Positions 53,839 to 64,000 of a stretch of DNA of 64,000 nt are shown piece by piece (positions within the stretch are counted from its first letter, which is position 1; every line of letters starts with the position of its first letter). Below the pieces are notes generated by a model. The model searched no databases, had not been told where the DNA came from, and was given only the letters and a program-made list of their open reading frames with translations. The position numbers and the translations under genes were made by a program. The DNA lies in assembly GCF_000143415.4 (NCBI RefSeq), contig NW_003314276.1:2034107-2098106 (forward strand), read 5' to 3'. The stretch is from Selaginella moellendorffii. Lineage: Eukaryota > Plantae > Lycopodiophyta.

Positions 53839-54398
53839 CAATTCAGTAGCTTGATAAACATGCAAATACAAAACTTGATGCAAAATCCTTTGATATGTCA
53901 CAATGCCCCTAGGACCATAAACACATTTCAATAGAGAGGGTCCTTTCATTTCATAACTCCTTACGTAGATCTTGGTGAAACCAGAGTTAGTGAAGTTAGT
54001 TTCTTGTGATCCCGCATCTGATTGTGATGTCCCTTTGCAGTTTCGATGGAAAGGTCAATGCACACCAAACTGTAAAATCTTGGAGCAAAATAACGGTCGG
54101 ATCTATGGCAAATGCCCCTGAAACATTGTAAGGCTCGTGTGGTCTCATGTGGTGTCCGATCGAGATGCTTCTTTGCAGGGTCATCAAGAAAGACATTGTA
54201 TACCATTCTGTAAAATCTAGTTGCGATCTAACGGTTGGATCTCCAGAAAACTCAAAAAAATCTCGCGCGTGTCAGAATATCCTAGGAATATACTCCTATG
54301 TGCCCCTGAAAATGGCATGCGGCCCCACGCCATTCAAGAGATAACGCCAGATGACGCCGAGAATTTTTTGGTGCATTTTTTGGGTTCAAAATTGCATG

Positions 54399-54506
54399 NN
54401 NNNNNNNNNNNNNNNNNNNNNNNNNNNNNNNNNNNNNNNNNNNNNNNNNNNNNNNNNNNNNNNNNNNNNNNNNNNNNNNNNNNNNNNNNNNNNNNNNNNN
54501 NNNNNN
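54399..54506. other. Assembly gap (N run)
   Basis: Ns within an internally repeated palindrome-bearing segment. Confidence 0.99.
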
Positions 54507-55440
54507 CACTGAAAGGGAATTTTTCTCCATTCAGCATTTGGCCCTGAAAATGGCATGCGCCCACACGCCATTCAAGGAATAACGCCACAAGACGCCTGGA
54601 TTTTTGGGTTTAAAATGTTTAGGGTTTTTTGGGTTTTTTCAAAATATTTTGGGTTCAACGTTTTTTGGGTTTCTTTGGTTCAAAATTGCATGAGCCCACA
54701 CGCTATAATATTGATTTGAGAGAAAAATAGAAACAGATAGAATTTCTTTATTTAGATGAACATCTGCCATTTTTGGAAATACAAGATGCTTTGGAATATC
54801 CAATCATGCATGGTATAAATATAGCGAGGGTATTAAATGATATCCCAATCATGATCTTTCTTTTGGATTTCGCGTGCATGCAGTCCGAGGAATGATGACG
54901 TTGCGGATTTCTTTTGGATTTTGCGTACTTGCATGCGCGCGGCAATCCAGAAATTAATGGTGGCGCCCAAGTCCGAGGAATGATGACATGGCGGGATTAC
55001 CAACCGTTGTGACATTTCGCGCGTGTGAGGTTAGGTTTTGCATTTTGCTTTGTACTCGCGCTCGCACACTCGCGCTCGCGCTCGCATCACACTTGCGCTC
55101 CCGCTCGCATCGCGCGATCACGCTCACTTCTCTACAGGTTTCTCGTGTGCATCGGCGTCCACTCGCGCTTGCATCACACTCGCGCTCGCATCGCGCTCGT
55201 GTGCATCGGCGTCCACTTCAAGACACACCCAGTTTGTAACTTCGCCGCCAACTCTGCCGCCCACTCCGCCACCCACACGCAGCCCACTTGGCGTCCCGGG
55301 AGATTTCAGCGCCACTCTCCAACTGTAAGTGGCAGAGTAGCCTTGCTGCTACGATCCGCTGCACACACAGTGCACATTCGCCAGCGAGTCCGGCCTCGAT
55401 TGTCACGGCCTCGATTGTCACGGCCTCCATTCGGCTTCAA

Positions 55441-58400
55441 ATGGTAAGTCTTTTAGACGAAGTAGAAAATGGCATGAGGCCACATGCCATTCAGTAGCAA
55501 CATTGGCATGCACCGATTGGGCTCTCGAGTGCAGTCCAGTTACAGATGGCGTGTAGCCTCACGCCATCTTAGGATGCAGCCTCAAGACATCTGATGCAGT
55601 GGTGAATGGCGTGTGGCCTCACGTTATTTCCAGCTGCTAGCTTTTCATCTGTCAGCTCTAATTGTTGTGCATTTCTGAACAGGCGAGGAATTGCGTTCTT
55701 CTTCCAGCCACTGTCAATGTGGATGCAGAGAAGGGGGAGGAGCTCACCAGTTGGACTTTCGGGATGGAAGGCGAGGATCTGATGCTGTACAACACAGATG
55801 GTGGGAGAAAAGAATGCATGGGGATCCTCATCCAAGTGACAGACACTCCATGCAGTTCCATGCAAGAATATGGACTGGCACTTGTGGTAGAGACAGCGTC
55901 CGCCTTCAAGATCCACCTTGCACATCCTAGCGGCTTCCCGGAGGGGGGCAGCGGCTATGAGGAATTCCTAGAGGGAGCTAGGGAGAGGTTGTCCAGGAGG
56001 CCCACAATTTCAAAGACGCTGCGGGTCTATGAAGATCACATAGAATCCACGGACCTCACCTACGGCGATGTTCAAAAACTATATTCCAACATTAAGCCGT
56101 TGAGAGTGCCTCCAGTTTGCGAAGCGAAGGGGAAGGGGGTCAATCTGGAAATTACCCCGAAGCAGAAAAGGGTGGTCAAGCTCAAGCCGACGTCCGACTC
56201 TGCTGCTCCAAAAAAGAAGCTACTCGGTGATGCCATTGCCTCGGGTTCGAACACTACACCCACCAAAAAGAAGAGCCGCAAAGAGCAGAAAGAGCAAGAA
56301 GAGGCAGCAAAAATCGTCGCAGATAATAGTACTTGTTACTATTCCAACAAAGTATATACAATCGACGTGAGCCGTATCGAGATCCAAAGCAAATACAACC
56401 ATAGGCTAGTATCTGATGAGTGGGTGGAGAAACTGAAGCAGAAGATGCTGGCAAGTCCAGTAACACCCGACATCGCAGACGTGATCCCCTACTACCGAAC
56501 AATGAAGGGCGAGACGAAGTTTCCAGACTTGATCAATAGGAAGGTGTTGGACGATCAGAACATCCGGTTCTATGCCGTCTCCGGGCAGCATTCTAGCTTG
56601 GCGATGCAACAGATAGTTGTGGATATTATGGTGGGCGAGGAGGTGAAGAAAGTCTTCAAGACAAGAGTTGTCCGCCTGATAAAAGGCAACTCGCCCCTCC
56701 GATCTATCATATACATCTCCCACGCGCAGAATGTCAAGCAAGAAACGTGCTACAAATCAGGTCTGCACGAGACATTGGCACGAACACGGAAGCTCTGGGT
56801 TCAACTGAAGAAGCCACAAAAACCAGGACAAGGACGTGCACTAGCAACTAGCGCCTGGCAGGTAAGCCTCGTTGCATGTGGCATAGCATGTGGCCTCACG
56901 CCATTTCCATTGCAGGAATTCTCGAGTCTTCTCTCGAAAACACTGGGGGTCAATGACACACTTAGCATCCATAACATTCTACTCGCGACAAAAGTTGTTT
57001 TTGACAAATGGGTAGATGTGCTAAGGAGGTACCATGACGGGGAGTTGCTAAACTCAATGGGTGTGGAGGACGGCCGGAAGCCCAATGATTTGAAGCTCAA
57101 CGCCTTGCGTTTCTCGCGGTCTCTAGACGACGACGACCTTTTGACAGTGGCTAATGCTCTTCTACGTGGTGAGGTAGTCTTCAACAAGACCAAAATGACT
57201 CCCGGCCATATTGTGACATACAAGGACTTGTGCACGACTCTGAGAGCTCGTGCGCTATTGAAGGATTGGATCTTCGAGCAAGTGGCCGTGGCGAGGGTGA
57301 GCATCGACACCACGCAAGAGATGATAGAAGAGCTGGAGTTGTCAAATGAAGACATCGACGAGTACGTGAAGGGGGCCCCCAAGTTCATCGATCTGCTGCG
57401 GGATGCCACGAAAAGTAAAGCTGAGAAGTTGGATTAGTATCCAAATTTCATTAAGAGGGATGTCGACCGCCGGCTTCAGAAACAGCTCGACCCTGCAGCA
57501 GAGGCCTATCGAGAACCTTACCGGGTATACGTGAATTCGGATGAGGATCAAAGGTGGAAGAGCATCGTTTCCCGCGGAGATGAGCAGGTCAAGAACATCT
57601 TTTGTGTGATGGACTTCACAAACGAGGAGATCACTCATGCAGACGAAGTCAGCTCCATCATTGACTTAATGGTGGGACTTGCGGAGGTGGAATCTTCAGT
57701 CCACTATATGATCTACGACTCCGAATCCTATCACAAGTTCTGGAAGGCCTTGAACGAGGTGAAGGCTCGGTTGAAAGGCAAGGAGATGCGGGAGATCCAT
57801 GGGATAATGGCTAAGAAGAAGATACCGACGAATGTCCGCATCTTCACAGTCGCCCTTGTTATTGGTCCTACAGCAGAGTGGGACTGGAGTGACTTCCCAG
57901 CTTCGTTCAACAAAGCCGATCGAATTGATCTGAGGGAGGTTAATTTACCCGTGCCTGAGGAACTGAAGACGGCTATGGAGCTTTCGAATCCAAAGAAAGC
58001 TCCAGGTGCAGCATGGGAAATGCTCAGCTGGGTCTTCAACGCAATAGCGGGTGACTCCAAGGGCAAATGCGTTGTCGAGTACAACTGCGGCGGACTATTC
58101 TTTCGAGCCGCACTACTCAAGGGTGTCCCGTGTGTTGCGGTGACAAACTCCATTGAAGAGGTGACTTCAATGGAGCATATAATTACAGTTGCCAAAGAAA
58201 AACAGTATCTTCTCTACGAACCTGGTGAGTACGCACTTTAAGTTTAAATGTTATCTCACAAGCTCTGTATGCAGGAGCGTGGCCACCCCCAGATGCTGAA
58301 ACGGCGTTAACAGCTACTGATGTTAGGCCGAGGTCACAACCTGCACAAGGTAAGGTCACGTGAGGCCTCACGCCATTTTGATTATAGATCGTTGTGAATA

Positions 58401-61046
58401 TTCAGACACGAGGACTGAAAAGTGCACTGGTGGCACGTCGAAGAAGGACAAACAGACAAGCAATAGGAAAAAAGGAGGTACAAATTATATTTGCAATGGC
58501 GTGTGGTCTCATGCCATTCCTTGCAGGAGACACTTCTTCAAAGGCAAAACAGGCAAGCACCAGCCAAGCTCAAACTGACAGTGGTCATAAAAAGCGAAAG
58601 CACGTTGGACAGTCGTCGGGATCAGAGGCGTTTGATTCGAAAAGGAAGAAGGGCAACGAAAAGATGATAGGTAATGCCTCGCGGTTATGGCGTGTGTGCT
58701 CATGCCATTCATTGCAGATCAAGGGCTGAGTGAAAGGAGCCAGTCACCACCTTCTGACTCAGATTCCTATGGCGGACTCCCCTTCCCCAATCTCAATGGA
58801 GAGGTACAATGGATGAGGGATGCTTTTCAAGTCAGGGCCACGTTTTTCTCATCTCGTCGTCTTCGAAGGGTGCAAGAACGTGCAGAAACCATGTTAAGAC
58901 AATCGGGTGAGGATACGGTCCTAGGTCACGCACTAAAACAGGCTATGGATGTCTTGTATTTTGAGATGGAGACTCGGCCAGATGATTTTTCCAAGATGGT
59001 CCTTGAAAAACAAGCAATCCAGCCTGAGCAGCCTATGGAAGAAATGCAAGAGGGGGATGAGGAGCCAGAGAAAGATAATGAGCAGGAAGAGCAGAAGGAC
59101 GAAGAGGAGGACAAAGAAGAGGAGGACGAAGAAGAGGAGGATGAAGAAGAGGAGGACGAAGAGGACTTGGATGGTCCTCACAATGGTGACGATCACAATA
59201 ACAACGATGACGATGATGACGACGATGGCCAGCCTGAGGTGGCCAAAGAGCAGCGGAGGAAGGTCATACAAGACAAACCATTAGGTAAATAATAGTACAT
59301 CCATTCCTAACCTTTTACCATTTCTAACATTGTCCATGTAGGTTGCAGAAGAAATGGTAAGTAGAGATTATTCAGTTGAATTAAGATACAAACTCTAGCC
59401 TTTAGTGTCGAGGAAGGATAGTGCCAAGCAAGGGTCAAAACGTATGTCCAATCCTTCAGAATCAGCAGTGCGCCCAAGTGATATCGGTCCTAGTTCCTCA
59501 ATAGCAGTTGATGGTAAATACAGTATAGTCGATTCAATGTGCTAATGAGTTTGCTTTTAGTAGCACGGGAGGATACCATCTCAATCGAAGGGAGATATTT
59601 GGACATGCATATGGATCCGCCAGTGGACTCTACTTGCCTGCAAGAGTCATCAGAGCTGGTGGAGGCTACTATCCATATCAACGCCAAGCAAGCTGACCAC
59701 GCTCCACTTGATGCTACCCATACCACTGAGTCAATCTTGTCCACGTATCCAACTGATGGTGACCAGGCGCCATTGGACCCACATGAGGCCGCCCCAGCCA
59801 CCGAGCCGGTCGTATCCTCATTTCCAACGTGTGCCCAATCGTCTGACTATGCGCCGTTGGAACCTCCCTACACCGCCCCTGCTGCCTGTTCGGTCATGTC
59901 CACTTTGCCAACGGAGGCACCAGCTGAAATGGCGTGTGATCACACGCCATCGGAACCACCCCATGCCACTGTTGAGCCAGTTGTACCAGAGTCTACAGCT
60001 GAAATGGCATGTGCCCACACGCCATCGGATGCGATTGACCCCACATTGCAGAGGAGAGTATTTCCGCCCTTCACGTTTCCTCGACCAAAACCCTCATAAT
60101 GACCATCGGGAGCACCATTCGCTAATATTGTAGATGGTAAAATTGACTTGTACCATTTTTTATGCTGACGCATTTCATTTCAGAGTCACGGCGAAAGTAC
60201 TGTATCGTTTTTGATCTGAACGGTGTCCTTTTCTCCCATGAGCATGGCTCATCCTTGAATGTCACTGCACCCTCCAAAGCCTGCAGTCGCAAGTTGGTCA
60301 AAAGAGACAGATTCACATTAATCACACGGGAGAAACTGCGGGATCTAATAATGACCATGCGACACTTAAAACAGAGGGCCGGGTTCAATTTGCAATTGGG
60401 AGTTTGGACATCCATGATGCGCCACAATGCATTAACATTGCTACAGATGATGCACAATCAGACGCGAGTAATATTACCATTTGACTTTCTCCTAACGCAG
60501 GAGGATTGCTTGACTATGGTCCATGTGAGGGGTAGCAAGCCCATCTTCGTCAAGGCAGAGGCTGTAGTGATGAACCGGACTGCTAGGTCAAGTGAAATCC
60601 TCATCATCGATGACTCGCCGATTAAAACTGCAGCGAACACACACACATATGTAGTGCACCCCATCTCTTGCAGTATGGAAACTAGGGAGAAGAAACCGTA
60701 TGTTCTGGGGGACCTTGCAAAACGGCTTGAAGCGATGGTGATAGAGAACCGGCCAGTCCAGGAGGTGGCTGCAGAAATCAACCAAATGGCAGATGGAACG
60801 GTATATCAGAAGCCATTTGATCGGACAGACACCAGTCATCATTTATGGCATGTATATTGTCTAGCCAAGCACTATCCGCATCTCCATAATCTGCTCAACC
60901 GGATGGGTTCTTCGACCACTGAACATGAGCGTGGACGTATTAGAGAAGAGATGGCATTACTATTGGGTTTAAATCCTGATAGTGTGGAGAGTGATGAAAT
61001 TCCAAGATTATTGTATAGGCGTTGGAGGCAAAAAATAACAGTCTGA
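55441..61046 (+). pseudogene. Transposon accessory gene, copy 2: ParB-like + MTase-like + acidic linker + FCP1/NIF phosphatase
   Basis: Main exon from 55683; introns 56862-56915, 58225-58274, 58350-58405, 58478-58526, 58671-58717 etc.; last exon 60184-61046 has IVFDLNGVL, LGVWTS, ILIIDDSPIK; stops at 57435 and 60097. Confidence 0.78.
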
Positions 61047-63156
61047 GATGGCATGTATTTATTTAAAAATGTAACTTATTATGGCATGGGGTTCCATGCC
61101 ATTGTATTAATATTAAAAGACAATTCTTTAAGAGGATTTGCATTATACTAGAAGTGTTACAGCATGTTATTGGAAGTCTACGAAGTTGTTTTATTAATAA
61201 GGGGAAAGTAAAGATTGAATGGGGACTTGGGCTCCACCTAGACTCGGAGCAACTGAGCCAATATTAAAAGGATGGAAAGAAATTGGACGACGATGACAAG
61301 GAGAAGAGAGAGGTGAAACAGTGGCAGGGGGAGGAGAAGTGATTGAGTAGACATTTCCTTGTTTAAAATAAAATGGCATGTGCCTCAATGCAGTTGAATT
61401 TTGTTATATTTATATACTATATAAAGGTTTGGAAACCTTATTTTACAAGTGGGATAATGACAATTCCCACTTTAACGAAATAGAGCTTAATCCAGGTATG
61501 CTCACCCTATAATCCCATACACCGGGATTACGTTGTTGCTTACGGGCCTTTGCATGCCCATTGCTAGCCTTGCCAAAATTCCATTTTTGGCTTTGTCCAA
61601 TTCGAGTAGACAGTCTTCTCCTGCCTCCGCCACTTTGGACATTTGGATAGCACCTACTATCCATCATTCGCTAAGGACTTAGTCCCTTGGGCCTTATCTA
61701 CTACCCTCGCGACATCAAACACCACCTCCTAGTGTTCTAGAGTGTTCGGGTGTCCCAATGACGGCTTCCTTGACAATGAGTATTTCCTTTTATGACATTG
61801 ACTTACTATATCGCAACATAAGCAACTTATCCCCCGTAAGGGTATATCCAACTTCCCTATGCCATTAAAAAGGCTTGGGTAGCTACCTTCTACCCATTTA
61901 ACCAATTATTTTGCACCTCTTGTTTAGTTGCCTCGTAATTGTCAAGTTCTACAACTCATTGCTGGTGCTTCCACACCTCCATCATTATCTGGGTCACCAC
62001 ACTCGAACTGCATGCTCTGCAGCTTAGGCTATGCCATTCCCATTTCTATTGGGATTCCTTTGGCAAGGGGTTCTTATGAACCCACCAACATAGCCTCAAG
62101 GTATCACACCTTGGCACATTTGGTGTCTCCACACCATCGGCTCCACAAGCCTACCTCTATGACACTTCTCCTTTGTGTCTAAGTCTTTGTCAAGACCAAT
62201 ACCACTCTTTCTCATGCCAACCATCCGTTAGCACTGCACCATAGAGGTCACACACAACTTTGTGTCAAAGTTGTTTTCTTTTTTGGGAACACCTTTCCCA
62301 CAACTTTAGCATGGCACATTTTGCCATCGATGAGATACCCTCTGTTCTCATCCTTGAATCCTATGATCCCCCCCCCATCCTTCGTGGGGTACAACACACC
62401 TTAGTCCAAATGCTTCCATCAGTCCTTTTAGGACCATCCCCTGACTCTACTTGAGTCATCCAGCAGTTTTGGACTTAGTTAATCCACAGACCCGTAAGGT
62501 CCTACTTGTAAGACACTAGCTCACTGGAATACACTTCTTACATTCCTGTCCTACTCAAAAGGACTATTTTCACAAGTGTTACTCTGACACTTGATTTTGT
62601 TATTTGGGGGCAACTTAGGACTATTTGTCCATGTGATGAGAATACCAACTCATCTCTAAGTACACCCCCTAACTCCTTGGGTTGTTCCAGCATTTATTAA
62701 AGGTAGCCCCGGTTACCATTGCAAGGATTTGAGTCCTCTTCCGTATTTGACCTCCCACGATCATTACCTCTGGTCTCACATTCATGAGCACCAACCTCAA
62801 CTATATGAGAATAATTTTGTGACTCCTTTACTGTTTTGGAGTCTACATCTTTCTCGTGATCCCAACTATAATTGTTTATCACAACTACGTTAGCCCATTT
62901 GCTGCGTCAAACGCTCATTTGGATCACATCCTCAGCTCTCTAAGGAGACCTTATACTGTTCCCAAGATCCCAAAGTCGTTCCATTATTGGCCCTTTTCTA
63001 TCCACCACATTATGCCCAAGTTCACGCATGAACTTGAGTGGAGAGCCATGTCCTCTCGACATGCTACTCCTCAAAGATAGGCCCACTCCTAGGACCTTCT
63101 GATGCCAACATCAATGGTGATATACTTGAGCACCAATAAAAGTTGGACTAAGGAAC

Positions 63157-63169
63157 AGCTCCGATACCA
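63157..63169 (-). promoter_or_regulatory. Primer-binding site (tRNA-iMet type), copy 2
   Basis: Minus strand TGGTATCGGAGCT. Confidence 0.85.
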
Positions 63170-63172
63170 AAT

Positions 63173-64000
63173 TGTAGGCGACTAATTTTTCCATTCTACT
63201 TTAATCACTTAATCACACCTCCAACTGCATGGAGGAGTCTCACTCACAACTTCCATAAGTCCTATTTCAGACTTGGGCTTGCTAGCCCCGAGAATGGCAT
63301 CCCCACCACTCAACCTATGCACTTGATCCAAGTGCTCCACGTGTCCGATCCCATGACCGACACCCCAAGGTACCATCGACATATCAACCCCTTACGCTAA
63401 GGCCATGCCCCTTTACCTTGGTCACACCGGTGGACTAACACCACCTGCATCACAGTCCCATCTCTCAAGGACTGGGCCATCCGTCCATGAGTGATCATTC
63501 CAGATCCACTCCTTAGCATCCTTAGGATGCCCACAAACATGGGGAATAGCCTTCCCCAATATCCCTTTTCCAGTCTTCACCAAGTCCCTTTCTGCCCATG
63601 GCCATGTTCGCCAACACTGTCACTGGATCGAGGCCCACAGGCCCGACCATTAAGTCCCACAGTCCTCTGGGACTTCCTCACCACTCGACTGTATCCTTGG
63701 TCATTACACCAGAGGACTACTCCTCCTCCTTTCCACAGTCTGGGCCTTTGGGACAACATTTCGGAACACCGTGGCCCTACGCGGGCCTCATGGGTACTCT
63801 CCTCGCCTTTTACCTTTGGGTGCTCTAGCCATGGGCTTAGAGCGAAGTTCCGTTGAGCCACACCAGGTATCCAAGTAGGTAGTGCCACCCACACTTGGAC
63901 TGGGAGTATCGGCCAGTCGATCTCCCGCCGGCTGTTGAACACTTCACCAAGCTACCCCGCTTGTCGGTTTGTGTTCACTCTAGTCTTGGACTTCCCAGTG
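63173..64000 (-). repeat. 5' LTR of family A copy 2 (partial)
   Basis: Direct repeat of the first ~830 bp of 43674-45358 and 10104-11809. Confidence 0.9.

Larger units (their letters stand above)
47779..61486. mobile_element. Full-length ~13.7 kb TIR DNA transposon, copy 2
   Basis: GCTCTATTTCGTTAAAGTGGGA (47779-47800) is the exact reverse complement of TCCCACTTTAACGAAATAGAGC (61465-61486); encloses the transposase, the accessory gene and all palindromes. Confidence 0.88.
43674..64000 (-). mobile_element. LTR retrotransposon family A, copy 2 (~21 kb including nested DNA transposon; 5' LTR runs off window)
   Basis: 3' LTR 43674-45358, PPT, degenerate internal DNA 45359-47778 and 61487-63172 (~4.1 kb; weak integrase-like remnants, no RT seen), PBS 63157-63169, 5' LTR from 63173. 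Confidence 0.85.

Noticed and set aside
61487-61490. TTAA as a piggyBac/Sola3-type TSD
   Set aside because: The left flank reads TCAT and copy 1 reads TTTT; no duplication demonstrable.

Overview
Eukaryotic, land-plant-like genomic DNA. Very short (47-57 nt) GT-AG introns, PLS-type PPR remnants and RKD and ZAT-like transcription factors point to a lycophyte such as Selaginella (inferred, not proven). The window is dominated by nested transposons and local duplications. The main discovery is a ~13.7 kb DNA transposon (47779-61486; second, partial copy 1-8854) bounded by perfect 22-bp TIRs. It encodes (i) an intact 1022-aa DDE/D transposase with Sola-like catalytic motifs and two N-terminal TNP1/EnSpm-like repeats, and (ii) a divergently transcribed multi-exon gene whose two-copy consensus gives a ~1,640-aa protein: ParB/Srx-like domain + degenerate amino-methyltransferase-like fold + acidic/disordered linker + FCP1/NIF (HAD) phosphatase domain. 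The element carries ~25-30 copies of a 22-bp palindrome (ATGGCRTGWGGCCWCAYGCCAT), mostly in introns and intergenic DNA; by eye none occur outside the TIRs. It sits inside a non-autonomous ~21 kb LTR retrotransposon (1.7-kb LTRs, tRNA-iMet PBS, PPT, CAATG TSD), which itself interrupts a short-LTR Ty3/gypsy-like remnant. The middle of the window (12-43 kb) holds a directly and invertedly duplicated block: His/Pro-rich TM gene x3, PPR fragments x3, C2H2 zinc finger x2, RKD x2. It also contains a tRNA-Ala(AGC), a solo LTR and AT-rich repeats. All domain calls are by-eye motif recognition and need HMM or structure confirmation.
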